Below, piece by piece: positions 28,860 to 39,816 of a stretch of DNA of 58,017 nt; position 1 is the first letter of the stretch, and every line of letters begins with the position of its first letter. Where the stretch lies: NCBI GenBank assembly GCA_964352915.1, contig CAYGTQ010000003.1, positions 1 to 58,017 on the forward strand, given 5' to 3'. The notes under the pieces are model-generated. The model had not been told where the DNA came from, did no database searches, and worked only from the letters and a program-made list of their open reading frames with translations. The DNA comes from an uncultured Legionellales bacterium (GTDB taxonomy: Bacteria > Pseudomonadota > Gammaproteobacteria > PIVX01). The position numbers and the translations under genes were made by a program.

Positions 28860-31229
28860 ATGAGAACACAAAACCACTCCGGCTATTTAATGCCCAAATT
28901 TCTTTGGACCATAGCAAGCACAGCAAGCTTCGTCTTTATTTTGCTGGCGCTGCTCTACTACTATGCCTACAAACAATTGCCCAATGTAGAAACGCTTAAA
29001 GATATTAATCTGCAAGTGCCGCTACGAATCTATGGCCAAAAGAAGCAACTCATCGCTGAGTATGGCGAGAAAAGGCGGATACCCGTCACATTATCACAAG
29101 TACCAGCGCCTCTGATCCATGCCATTTTAGCATCAGAAGACCAACGATTTTTTGAACATGCAGGGATCGATATCTTAAGTCTGACACGTGCTGTCATCGC
29201 ACTGGTTAAAACTGGCAAGAAACGCCAGGGAGCCAGTACCATTACTATGCAGGTGGCACGCAACTTCTTTCTTAGCCGAAAAAAAACTTATGCTCGCAAA
29301 GTCAATGAAATACTTTTGGCCATAAAAATTGACGCTGAGTTATCTAAAGAGAAGATACTCGAACTCTACATCAACAAAATTTACTTAGGCCAAAGCGCCT
29401 ATGGGGTGGCTGCTGCTGCCCAAATCTACTATGGCAAGACGCTCGAAGAACTTTCTATTGCAGAAATGGCCATGATTGCAGGGCTCCCTAAAGCACCATC
29501 ACGCATCAATCCTGTGAGTAACCCAGAATCTGCTCTTAAAAGACGCAATTATGTCCTCAACCGGATGCAAGAAGAAGGTTATATCGACGATCAAACCCAC
29601 CAGGAAGCCATCGCATCACCCATTACGGCCAAAAGACATAAAATGCACACTCAAATTCACGCACCCTATGTTGCAGAAATGGTACGACAGTGGATGGTCG
29701 CGCATTTTGGTCAAGAGGCCTACACCAAAGGGTATTCTGTGCACACTACCATTGATCCACATCATCAAGCCCAAGCGAATCAAGCGCTGCAGCAAGGCAT
29801 ACTCGATTATGACAAACGCCATGGCTACCGCGGCCCTTTGGCGCATAACTCAGAAAATTGGCAGCAACATAAAAGTGTTCCACCTTTAAGAACAGCCCAA
29901 ATAACAGCTGTTCATGATGACAAAGCACAAGCCATACTTGCTGACGACACAGCCATCACTATTGCTTGGAAAAACATAGCATGGGCAAAAAAACCGCTGG
30001 CAAATAACCGATTGGGTAAAGCCCCACAAAAACCCCAAGAGGTGTTAAGCGCAGGAGACATCGTTGAAGTACAGCAAATAGATAATGAGTGGCATTTGTC
30101 GCAATCACCAAAGGTTGAAGGTGCTTTCGTCGCCATGGATCCACAAACTGGTGCTATTTCAGCTTTGGTAGGCGGCTATCATTACGAACACAGTAAATAC
30201 AATCGAGCCACTCAAGCACAACGCCAAGCTGGCTCATGCTTTAAACCTTTTGTTTATGCTGCAGCCTTAAATCACGGTTATACACTGGCCACCATCGTTA
30301 ATGATGCACCTGTTGTCATGCAAGATGCTAGCCAAAGCAATGACACCTGGCGTCCACAAAATCACAATAAAGATTTTGCAGGACCCACACCGCTGCGTAT
30401 GGGATTAATCCGCTCAAGAAATCTGGTATCCATTCGACTTTTAGAAAATATTGGCATAAAAGAAGCTACCAACTATCTGGAAAAATTTGGGTTTTCTAAA
30501 GATCAGATCCCACAATCTCTCTCTCTGGCCCTCGGCAGTGGTAGCGTCACGCCCATGCAGTTGACCCACGCCTACGCTATTTTAGCCAATGGAGGTTTTG
30601 ATGTCAGCCCCCATATTGTCAACAACATCACCAATATTCAAGATCAAGAAGTGTTGTCAGCGACAACACTCAAAGCATGTGAGAGCTGCATCACTAAGCA
30701 AAGCCAGACATTACCAGAGCTGACGGCACCACAGGCTATCGATCCTCAAATAGCCTACCTGATGAATGCTGCATTGAAAGATACTCTACATAAAAGCCCA
30801 TCGCCAACCCTGAGACAATTTAAACGCCCTGATCTTGCTGGCAAAACAGGCTCAACCAATGATTATTTTGATGCATGGTTCATGGGCTATAATGGCTATT
30901 TAGTGGCGGGGGTCTGGGTAGGATTTGATCAACCACAAACCCTCGGAGAATATGGAATCAAAGCTGCAGCCCCCATTTGGGGAAATTTCATGAAAAATAT
31001 CATCGAAGATCTCCCTGTCTATCACGCACCAGAGCCTCCAGGGCTGGTGCGCCTGCGCATCGATCCTGAAACCGGCCTTTTGGCAAAAAGCAATCATCCG
31101 CGAAGTTTTCTTGAAACTTTTCGTCAACCTTATGCCCCAACACAATATGGGTACGATGCGGATGAAGCGCCTCTGACAACAGACGAACCCAGTGATGACA
31201 GCACAGATAACCATCATTATTTATTTTAG
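28860..31229 (+). CDS. mrcA: Penicillin-binding protein 1A (bifunctional transglycosylase/transpeptidase)
   Basis: Glycosyltransferase motifs (SEDQRFFEHAGID, GASTITMQ) and transpeptidase motifs (SCFK as SxxK, SRN, KTGST). Confidence 0.95.
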   Translation: MRTQNHSGYLMPKFLWTIASTASFVFILLALLYYYAYKQLPNVETLKDINLQVPLRIYGQKKQLIAEYGEKRRIPVTLSQVPAPLIHAILASEDQRFFEHAGIDILSLTRAVIALVKTGKKRQGASTITMQVARNFFLSRKKTYARKVNEILLAIKIDAELSKEKILELYINKIYLGQSAYGVAAAAQIYYGKTLEELSIAEMAMIAGLPKAPSRINPVSNPESALKRRNYVLNRMQEEGYIDDQTHQEAIASPITAKRHKMHTQIHAPYVAEMVRQWMVAHFGQEAYTKGYSVHTTIDPHHQAQANQALQQGILDYDKRHGYRGPLAHNSENWQQHKSVPPLRTAQITAVHDDKAQAILADDTAITIAWKNIAWAKKPLANNRLGKAPQKPQEVLSAGDIVEVQQIDNEWHLSQSPKVEGAFVAMDPQTGAISALVGGYHYEHSKYNRATQAQRQAGSCFKPFVYAAALNHGYTLATIVNDAPVVMQDASQSNDTWRPQNHNKDFAGPTPLRMGLIRSRNLVSIRLLENIGIKEATNYLEKFGFSKDQIPQSLSLALGSGSVTPMQLTHAYAILANGGFDVSPHIVNNITNIQDQEVLSATTLKACESCITKQSQTLPELTAPQAIDPQIAYLMNAALKDTLHKSPSPTLRQFKRPDLAGKTGSTNDYFDAWFMGYNGYLVAGVWVGFDQPQTLGEYGIKAAAPIWGNFMKNIIEDLPVYHAPEPPGLVRLRIDPETGLLAKSNHPRSFLETFRQPYAPTQYGYDADEAPLTTDEPSDDSTDNHHYLF

Positions 31230-31494
31230 GAAAGCCCCTCAAAGCCCAGATTTCCATCAATCACACGTTCTTCACCGCTGAAAACAACATAAAACATGCA
31301 TTATTCTCATACATGCCATCGATACGGGGAAAACCGCGTCACTGATTTTACCATCGACAGCCAACCAACGCTTCTTATGCAACCTACTGTTTTAAAGCAA
31401 AGTATTTTTAACTTCCTCTTATTTTGACCCTTTTATGACCATGATGAAACGTAGATGAAATACTATTTGTGTATGATATGCCTCGAAAAGTTTT

Positions 31495-32670
31495 ATGTTT
31501 AAACGAAAATTACAAATAGATCTTCCCAAAAAGCAATCTGTATTTTTATAGGGAGCAAGACAGACAGGGAAGACATCTTACCTTAAAGCACAATATGAAC
31601 ATTCTGCTTACTATGATCTGTTGGATAATCATGAAATTGTAAGGCTGCCCCCCCCCCTTTTTTACTTCGACAAGAGATACAGCAGTTATCTTCTCACAAG
31701 CTTCAATTCCCCATCATTATTGATGAAATCCAGAAAGTCCCTGAATTATTAAATGAAGTTCAATGGTTGATTGAAAATACTTCTGCGCAGTTTATCCTGT
31801 GCGGCTCAAGTGTAAGAAAGCTGAATACACAGGCTGTTAATCTGCTTGGTGGCAGAGCATGACCATATTTCTTTTTCCCTCTTTTATCTATCGAGATCCC
31901 TGATTTGGATCTATTAAGAGCGCTCCAACATGGTATGCTGCCAAAACATTACTTGTCAGAGCCAAAATATTTAGATAATCATTTTCAAGCCTATGTAGAC
32001 ACTTATTTGACTCATGAAATAAGAAATGAAGGGCTGGTAAGAAATTTATCCGGATTTTCAAGATTTTTGGATGTTGCCGGGTTATCAAATGGAGAGATGA
32101 TTAACGCAAATAACATCGCCAGAGATTGTGGTATTGATAGAAATACAGTAAAAGAATACTATCAGATCCTTATCGATACATTGACTGGCTACCATATTTA
32201 TCCTTATGGTAAGAAAGTCAAGCGCGACTTGATTTCTGACACACCTAAATTCTATTTGTTTGATATAGGTGTCGCTAATTACATAGCTCAAAAATCTATT
32301 GATGTATTAAAAGGCTCAGAAGCCGGTAAAAGTTTTGAGAGCTTTATTTTAATGGATCTATGGGCCTACCCTAAAATTAAATCGAAAAAGACAAAATGTT
32401 CAATATTGGCGAACCAAGACAGGTTTAGAAGTGGATTTTATTTTAGGACAAGCTGAAATCGCCATAGAAGTAAAGATTAGCGAACAAGTCCATGCTACCG
32501 ACTTAAAAGGATTAATAGCTTTTGGTGAAGAACATCCCCATGCAAGAAAGTTTGTTGTATCACAAGATAAAGAACCTAGAAAATTGGAGTTTGATAAAAA
32601 TTCTTTTATCACGATTTGCCTTGGAAAAATTTTCTACAAAACCTTTGGCGCGGTGAAATTATTTGATTAA
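31495..32670 (+). pseudogene. Decayed AAA+ ATPase gene (DUF4143-type family)
   Basis: A TAG stop sits just before the Walker A segment (VFL*GARQTGKTSY). A frame change coincides with the C10T6 run. The Walker B segment (IIIDEIQKVPELL...FILCGSS) is in another frame, with further stops. The middle part (ORF 31905-32456) and the C-terminal part (ORF 32431-32670: AIEVKIS...DLKGL) are in different frames. Confidence 0.85.
31648..31663. repeat. Homopolymer tract C10 followed by T6
   Basis: Read directly from the sequence: ctg cccccccccc tttttt act. It lies inside the ATPase pseudogene at a frame change. Confidence 0.95.
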
Positions 32671-32790
32671 AACTCAGCCTAAAAATAACAGAAGATATCT
32701 TTATAAAAAATCATATACTGATAACGAACAATTCATCAGAATTCAGATATTTTAAAACCTTACATTATATATTAACTGGATTTTATCTAT

Positions 32791-33678
32791 CTACTTCAAT
32801 AACATCGATGTGTAGTCAGAAAAATAAAACCCTGAAAATAAAACATAGCCAACCCACTGATTATTCAAAAATGCTCGAAAACAATGTTCAGGCAAACGAT
32901 CACGCATAAGGTATTGTTGATAGATAAATAAGCCTGATGCAAGACCAACACTGAGTAAAAAAATTGTTCCTAACCGAGCATAATATTCTAAAAGAAAGAG
33001 TTGTATGATTATCACAATCTGCAACACTGCCATAAAGAGTCTGTCATGCCGCCCTAATATGACAGCTGTTGATTTAATGCCTGAACTTAAGTCATCCTCA
33101 CGATCAACCATGGCATAAGCCGTATCGTACATAACTGTCCATTGTGCCGCAATGAAAAATAACCACCACCCTAGTAAAGTCACTTCACCACGCACAGCGA
33201 TAAAGGCCAATATAATCCCCCAATTAAAAGCCAAAGCCAAAATCACCTGAGGCCAGTGCGTGATGCGCTTCATCAAAGGATAAATGATTGCCAGAAAAAG
33301 ACCGACAATCGACCAACAAAAAACCTGCCACCCCAATGCAAAAGCCACACATGCCCCCAAGCTTACCAAAAGCACAAAAGTCATAAGAGCCTGGATTGCT
33401 GTGAGCTGACCTGTTGCTAAAGGTCTGGCTTGTGTACGTGCTACTTGACCATCCAAGTCTCTGTCCCAGTAATCGTTGATCACACAACCTGCTGCACGCA
33501 TCACCACCACACCTGATGAGAATAATAAAATGTGCTTAAAAGAAGGCTGTCCCAAAGATGCCAACCATAATGCCCAGCTCGTAGGCCAAAGCAGCAACAA
33601 AGTACCAACAGGTTTATTCAGACGCATCAATGTCCCAAGAGGATGATGCTTGATTTGATGCCATAATTGCTTAGTCAT
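32791..33678 (-). CDS. ubiA: 4-hydroxybenzoate polyprenyltransferase
   Basis: UbiA signature NDYWDRDLDGQVARTQ.RPL and a second Asp-rich motif (YAMVDREDD). Polytopic membrane protein. Confidence 0.93.
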   Translation of the reverse strand: MTKQLWHQIKHHPLGTLMRLNKPVGTLLLLWPTSWALWLASLGQPSFKHILLFSSGVVVMRAAGCVINDYWDRDLDGQVARTQARPLATGQLTAIQALMTFVLLVSLGACVAFALGWQVFCWSIVGLFLAIIYPLMKRITHWPQVILALAFNWGIILAFIAVRGEVTLLGWWLFFIAAQWTVMYDTAYAMVDREDDLSSGIKSTAVILGRHDRLFMAVLQIVIIIQLFLLEYYARLGTIFLLSVGLASGLFIYQQYLMRDRLPEHCFRAFLNNQWVGYVLFSGFYFSDYTSMLLK

Positions 33679-33768
33679 TTGCTACACCTGTTGCAAGGTT
33701 TATGATATGCTCAAGCATACCATAGCACGATGATAAATCACCCTCGATTTGACAGGACACTCTAGAGC

Positions 33769-34371
33769 ATGACCTTATTTTCCGCCACCATCACCTTACT
33801 ACTCATCATGGATCCTCTGGGTAACATCCCAATTTTCTTATCCGTGTTAAGCTCGGTAGAAGAACACAAACGCAGCTGGATCATCATTCGTGAATCCATC
33901 ATAGCCTTTTTAATCTTATGCCTGTTTTTATTTGCAGGAGAATCGATTCTCGCAGGTTTCCATATCTCAGAGCCTGCGTTGACCATCGCCGGTGGCATTA
34001 TTTTATTTTTACTGTCCATTAAAATGGTGTTTCCATCTCAAGTTAATGAACACCTGACAGAAAGCACATTGGGCGAACCTTTTATTGTGCCACTGGCCAT
34101 GCCTTTACTGGCAGGACCTTCAGCCATCGCTATTGTGCTTTTATTCGCAACCCAAGAACCTGAGCAGATGAGCCTCTGGGTATTGGCCATTGCTCTGAGC
34201 TGTCTCATTTCCATGCTGACGCTGATGGTCTCAAACCCCCTGCGGCGCCTTCTTGGTGAAAAAGGTCTTGTTGCCATGGAGCGCTTAATGGGTATGCTAC
34301 TCATTGCCTTATCGGTACAAATGTTCCTCAATGGGATCAGTGAGTTTTTTGGCCTAGGTAAAATCGCCTGA
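33769..34371 (+). CDS. MarC family (UPF0056) integral membrane protein
   Basis: 200 aa with about six TM segments. The N-terminal IMDPLGNIPIFLS motif is typical of MarC/YhgN proteins. Confidence 0.85.
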   Translation: MTLFSATITLLLIMDPLGNIPIFLSVLSSVEEHKRSWIIIRESIIAFLILCLFLFAGESILAGFHISEPALTIAGGIILFLLSIKMVFPSQVNEHLTESTLGEPFIVPLAMPLLAGPSAIAIVLLFATQEPEQMSLWVLAIALSCLISMLTLMVSNPLRRLLGEKGLVAMERLMGMLLIALSVQMFLNGISEFFGLGKIA

Positions 34372-34474
34372 ACTAAGGCTTGAGCAAATATAACCTTGCA
34401 ATCTATCCACAACATGGACAAATTATAAGGTTAAATCCGTGGGGGTGTGCTATTTTAGCTCACCACAACCCTAA

Positions 34475-35608
34475 ATGATGGACAAAGCTGTAGCGTTGAC
34501 AGGGCCGCGCTAAGCAGGTAAAACCACCCTTGCACTTGAGATAGGAAAAACACGCAACGGATTATACCTTGATCTTGAAGATCGTGATGACCGCCAGCGT
34601 CTGGCAAACCCTGCTTTATTTCTAGAAAGTGTACCTGACAGATTAATTATCTTAGATGAAATTCATTATAGCCCCTAATTATTTGCAGCATTACACGGTG
34701 CCATTGATAAAGACCGACGTCAAAAAAAGGCCTTGGTCGGTTCGTGTTGCTTGGCTCAGCTTCGATTGAATTGCTGCGACAATCAGTAGAAACATTAGCT
34801 GAGCGCATAGCCTACATCAATATGTCACCACTTAATGCACTCGAGATAGAGCATCAACACCATGCACGACAACAACTATGGTTACGCGGTCGGGGCTTGA
34901 CACTCATTTAGCAAAAAACAACCGTGATAGCTTAGATCTTAGAAAATATTGTATCCGAACCTACCAGAAGCGCGACATACCACAATTGATGCCACGTATT
35001 CCAGCAACTATTCTAGAGCGTTTATGGACTATGCTTTCTCATAGACAGTTTTGCCTTCTTAACAGCTCAGCGCTTGCTCGCGTAATACCAACGCACAATC
35101 CATCACCCGCTATATATAACTACTGGTTGATTTGACGCTTGTCAGCCGATTACCGCCTTATCATGCTAATGTAAGTATAAGACTGGTTAAATCTTCCAAA
35201 GTTTATATTGCATATAGTGGCTTAGTCCATGGATTGTTAGGCATTGCAAGCCTTTAAGAACTTGCAGGACATCCAATCGTTGGCATGAGTTGGGAAGGTT
35301 TTGTCATAGAAAATCTGTTATCTGTTCTCCCTTGGCGCACCAGCGATTTTTTCTATAGAGCTAAGGCAGGTGCTGAAATTGACTTACTCTTAGAGCATAG
35401 AGATGCTACGTTGTAGGCTATTAAGATTAAGCGCTCACGCTCAGCTAAAATCGAACGTGGTTTTTATCAGGCATTAAACGATTTAAATCCCGAGTGCTCT
35501 TTCATCGTCTATGCGGGATAAGGGCGTTACCCAATATCAGAATCTACTGAAGCTATTGGTGTAAAAGGTATCACTAAATACTACAAACATTTTGTGAACC
35601 AAAATTAA
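34475..35608 (+). pseudogene. Heavily decayed AAA+ ATPase gene (DUF4143-type family)
   Basis: A nonsense codon interrupts the Walker A segment (ALTGPR*AGKTTLALE). YLDLEDRDDRQRLANPALFLE and IILDEIHYSP* follow, and then many stops and frameshifts run through to a recognisable C-terminus (AGAEIDLLLEH...). No intact ORF longer than 85 aa remains. Confidence 0.85.
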
Positions 35609-37959
35609 TAACGATACTTCCAGTTTACCTGCGTCTTTTCAAGTGTTTGATCGGTGCTTCTTGTGGTCTCCACACTGATAGATGGTGTTAAGCCTACTTC
35701 CAACGTGGTGGTTTTATCTTGACCGGAAAGAGATTGTTCAACATTCACATAAATGTCATCACTGATATACTTGCCAGCACCAAGCTTCACATTTTTAGCA
35801 TCTTTAGCTGAGACAGTCAAATCATCCAAAGAAAGTAAATTCTTAACTTTAGAAAGATAATCAAATGCGTTGCCCGATGGCGTGAATTTTCCCCAATCAT
35901 TAATCACACGTGCTAACTGAATGGCTTGCATTGGTGATAATTCCACTGTAGACCGATTAAAAATAATTTCAGAAATGAGTTCTGATTGTGGCAAAGGTGG
36001 CAAGGAGGACAGATCAAAATGAATACTGTCAGGTTGCCCATGTAGTCGTAGAGTCACATGCTTGTCTCTAATGTTTGACTGGCCTTGCAGTTGAAATAAA
36101 ATAGTTTTCTTTCCAAGGTTTATTTTGCCCTTGTCAATTAAGAATTTATGATCAAGAAACACCATGCGACCTTGGCGCACATTAAATTGACCTAAAATAT
36201 TTTGCCATGAATTTTTTATAGAAAGCTCTCCTTCAAGTTCAGCAAAAATGCCATAACCATCTATGAATAACTTCTTAGGTATTTTGATTTTGATGTTGGG
36301 CACAGCATAGATCTCTGGTGACAAATCTTCTTCATAAGAATCAACCACATTAATACTGGGGACATCATTTAAACCACTGTGCTCTAAGTGATAATGCAAT
36401 TCATCCACTACAAGTTCACCCTTAATGGCTGTTGATTCAGAATTTTTAGTGTGCTCAATTTGTATATGACCTGATGTTGTCAGGCTGAATTGAGGATTGT
36501 CAGCAAGCTTATTATGATTAAATATTATCTGGCTGGCCTTATCCTTTGATGTAATCAACAAAGACTGGCCCGTGATATCTTGAGCATCGCCCTCAATCAA
36601 CCAATCATCATCAGAGAATTTCACAGCCACATTGATGTTCTTTAATAAAGTTCCGTAAGGGACATATACGTAATGACCATGCTGCAAAGCCACATGACCA
36701 GATAAATTACCACGATTGTAAGAAAGATCACCTTCAAGATCACCCTTAACTTGATGTTCAGGCCATGCCAACTGTTTTGCAAGTTCAGCCATATTAGCAG
36801 TGAAGCTAACCTGCAAGTGCTCACGCTTTTCCTGTAACTTAGCTGAGACTTCGCCTTTGGCATAAGATGTGTCAGCCCCAGCTTGCCATGCTAACCACCA
36901 CTTATTTTTATGGTAATAGCCTTTAACAGCAATCTTGTTACCAGCCTGTTGAGCATCTTCTGAAGAGATCTCACCTTGAAGCATGATCTGATCTTTCTCA
37001 TGCTTTAAAGACCATCTTCCTGAAAATGTAGACCACGACAAGTAATGGCTCCATGTACTGATTGAGGTAGGCAATCGCTTGAACTCTAGATTAAAATTAG
37101 GCTTTTGCCATGACAAATCCCCATGGAGCAAGCATTCACTATGGTTCATTTTTAGAACAAGATGATCTGCATGTAATGCTTTGCCTGAGTGAGCTAACAT
37201 TACCTGACCCTTGATTGCAAAATAATCAGCACCTGAGCTCTGGTCTCCATCAACAATTGACAGTTTTAATCCATGCTGATTGATATGACCATAGCAAGCA
37301 CCTTTCATATGAATACGCTCTGGCAACAAATCCTGATTTGGCACGTAGTGATTGGGTTTCACCTCAACTGACCAGTCTAAATACCAACCTTTGGCGTAAG
37401 GCTTCAAAGCCAATATCACTGTGTTTTCAAAGTTTGATTCAGATTCAGCACGAAGAAAGAGAAATTTTTTATGCGTATTGATGCTACCGTGAACTTTGAA
37501 ACAGAAATTATCATGCATACATAAATTTTTTAGATCTAACTTACCAATCTGTATGGCAGGCATTTTAAACCATGGAAACACAGGAGCAGATATTGTTTTT
37601 TTTGAAGGCTCAGCTTTGACATGCCAAGTTTCAGGCCACTTGACAGCACTTGTAGACCATTCATCCACCACACAACCTTTGGACCACCAAGCCCAAGGCT
37701 GCCACTTAAATAAGAGATCTTGGATTTCTATCTGATGACCATGTTGATCATCAAGTATAATTTTTTGAAATTGACTTTGCCGCCATAAATTACCCTGCAT
37801 ACCTTCTGTTTGCATCTTATATGAGTAGCTTGTTTTTAAATACCACGCCAAGCCAGTCATGCTCAGGCGCAAACCTAAAGTTGTTGATAGCATGAAAACT
37901 GCTATCAATAACAGTACCACAAATCCTGCTGTAGCTGCTTTACAGTACTTCATCTTCAA
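35605..37959 (-). CDS. tamB: Translocation and assembly module protein TamB-like (short form, 784 aa)
   Basis: N-terminal membrane anchor (AATAGFVVLLLIAVFML), a long beta-rich body, and a DUF490-like C-terminus ending WKYRY. It lies immediately downstream of tamA. Confidence 0.8.
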   Translation of the reverse strand: MKMKYCKAATAGFVVLLLIAVFMLSTTLGLRLSMTGLAWYLKTSYSYKMQTEGMQGNLWRQSQFQKIILDDQHGHQIEIQDLLFKWQPWAWWSKGCVVDEWSTSAVKWPETWHVKAEPSKKTISAPVFPWFKMPAIQIGKLDLKNLCMHDNFCFKVHGSINTHKKFLFLRAESESNFENTVILALKPYAKGWYLDWSVEVKPNHYVPNQDLLPERIHMKGACYGHINQHGLKLSIVDGDQSSGADYFAIKGQVMLAHSGKALHADHLVLKMNHSECLLHGDLSWQKPNFNLEFKRLPTSISTWSHYLSWSTFSGRWSLKHEKDQIMLQGEISSEDAQQAGNKIAVKGYYHKNKWWLAWQAGADTSYAKGEVSAKLQEKREHLQVSFTANMAELAKQLAWPEHQVKGDLEGDLSYNRGNLSGHVALQHGHYVYVPYGTLLKNINVAVKFSDDDWLIEGDAQDITGQSLLITSKDKASQIIFNHNKLADNPQFSLTTSGHIQIEHTKNSESTAIKGELVVDELHYHLEHSGLNDVPSINVVDSYEEDLSPEIYAVPNIKIKIPKKLFIDGYGIFAELEGELSIKNSWQNILGQFNVRQGRMVFLDHKFLIDKGKINLGKKTILFQLQGQSNIRDKHVTLRLHGQPDSIHFDLSSLPPLPQSELISEIIFNRSTVELSPMQAIQLARVINDWGKFTPSGNAFDYLSKVKNLLSLDDLTVSAKDAKNVKLGAGKYISDDIYVNVEQSLSGQDKTTTLEVGLTPSISVETTRSTDQTLEKTQVNWKYRY

Positions 37960-37962
37960 CCA

Positions 37963-39708
37963 TCAAAATGCCTGACCAATGCTTAAGTAACATTGCCAAG
38001 CCTTATCCACACCATGGCGCTTGTTTAACGGAAAACCTACATCAAAGCGAATAGGCGCCCATGGACTATGATAGCGCAAACCGACGCCTAAAGCGTTGAA
38101 CAAAGTACGTGCTGGCCACAAACTTTGATGAGCATAGCCCATATCCCAAAAAAACGCACCTTGAATGGCTTTCTTAATAGGAAAGCGCCATTCGGCTGTG
38201 GCATTAATAAAAGACTTGCCACCTTGGGGTGCTCCTTGCTTCAAATCGCTAAGCAATTGATAACCATAACCACGCACAGAGCCTGTGCCACCTACGTAAA
38301 AGCGATGATTGGCTGGAAGGTGATCGCGTGTACTACCCACAATGACACCTAAAGCAGAACGCAGTGCTATCACATGTCGATTGATCGGTATATATAAACG
38401 TGCTTGGATTTCTTGCCGACTAAAAAATTTTGCACCAGGCAATGTGGTGATGTGCGGTGCCACAGACATCTCTAGGAAATGGCCTTTGGTAGGATTGAGA
38501 TTATCATCTCGTTTATCCCACCTAAAACTGACAGGCATTAAGACTGTGGTAAAATTTGACTTGTTCGCTGCATCACTTAAATGACTTTGTTGAAGACCCA
38601 CCCCAAAAGAACGCTCCCAACCTAAGCCCAAAGGTTTGGTCCAAGTAGACATTAATTCGTATTCTGTTGAATTAAAAGCATTGAATTGCTTACGAGCTAT
38701 ATTTCCTGAAAAATCAAAACGATGATTATGGTAACGCACATAAGGATTATGAAACTCAAATCCGATTTGTTGTATAATTTTAGAGAACTCTGAATATAAA
38801 TGCAAAACCTCACCGTGCCCTCTCCAATTATCATGCTGCCAACCAGCCAGCACCCCCATAGCCGCTAATGTATTATAATATGCACCTAGTGTTATTGTGC
38901 GAAATGGCCTCTCAGACACCTGCCATGTGATGGGGATTTCCCCTTGACGATCCGGCTCTGAATCATGCTTAAGCATGACAGATGAAAAAAATCCTGTCTC
39001 AAACAATGCTTGTTGATTTTCTTGAAGTTTCTTAAATGAAAAACACTGGCCTCTTCGCCAAGTCTGCAGCACATCCAAACGACGTTGAAAAATACTTTTG
39101 AGGCCTTTATAATGAACCAGACCAAATTTAGCAGGCAAGCTATGATCTATTTCAAATATGATCTTAGCTTTATCACGATTTTTATTAAGCGTCACTTTGT
39201 GCGTCACATGAATATGGCTCAAACACATGCGTTCCGGTAAGTTTTTTTTAATCTTCCTTTGCACGCTTAATAATTTTTGGGCGATTAAAGGCTTATTCAT
39301 CAATTTTGACTGCAGATCCTCATAAAAAATATTTTGCCCTTGCTTAGATCGGATAATCACTTGCTCAATTTGGCAACGCTGTTTACTTTGAACAGTTATT
39401 ACAGCAACAGATGATAGGCCTTGCCCTATAATCTTGGACCGAATTAAAGCTTGATAGTAACCATCGGCTTGCAAACGTGCTTTAAGGCTTCTCTTAAATT
39501 GCTCTACCCGCACATGAGCATGCCAACCATGCTGCTCCTTGGGTAACGCGTTGATTTCTGTAAGCGTTTTGTCAAAATGATTTTTTGCAACCAAGTCCTT
39601 GGTTGGTTTCAATTCAAAATTTAAAGCACTCACTTGACCAACATAGACAAATAAAGCTAAGAAAATGGCCACACATAGATATCTTTTAAAATCGATTCTG
39701 CCTGCCAT
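37963..39708 (-). CDS. tamA: Outer membrane protein assembly factor TamA (Omp85 family)
   Basis: Signal peptide from the ATG at 39708, POTRA-like N-terminal region, and an Omp85 barrel (RGYGY, terminal ...SIGQAF). Confidence 0.88.
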   Translation of the reverse strand: MAGRIDFKRYLCVAIFLALFVYVGQVSALNFELKPTKDLVAKNHFDKTLTEINALPKEQHGWHAHVRVEQFKRSLKARLQADGYYQALIRSKIIGQGLSSVAVITVQSKQRCQIEQVIIRSKQGQNIFYEDLQSKLMNKPLIAQKLLSVQRKIKKNLPERMCLSHIHVTHKVTLNKNRDKAKIIFEIDHSLPAKFGLVHYKGLKSIFQRRLDVLQTWRRGQCFSFKKLQENQQALFETGFFSSVMLKHDSEPDRQGEIPITWQVSERPFRTITLGAYYNTLAAMGVLAGWQHDNWRGHGEVLHLYSEFSKIIQQIGFEFHNPYVRYHNHRFDFSGNIARKQFNAFNSTEYELMSTWTKPLGLGWERSFGVGLQQSHLSDAANKSNFTTVLMPVSFRWDKRDDNLNPTKGHFLEMSVAPHITTLPGAKFFSRQEIQARLYIPINRHVIALRSALGVIVGSTRDHLPANHRFYVGGTGSVRGYGYQLLSDLKQGAPQGGKSFINATAEWRFPIKKAIQGAFFWDMGYAHQSLWPARTLFNALGVGLRYHSPWAPIRFDVGFPLNKRHGVDKAWQCYLSIGQAF

Positions 39709-39816
39709 ACTACACTCAGGTTGGTGAAAAATTGCCCTGCATTTTGCCAAAAAGTTATGATGCTACCAAAGCTTAAGCTTGGCTTCAGTCTAAAACAAAA
39801 TCACTTCAAAGTCATA

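Noticed and set aside
34038-34421. 127-aa ORF on the minus strand.
   Set aside because: It is antisense to the MarC-family gene, which has a clear membrane-protein signature.
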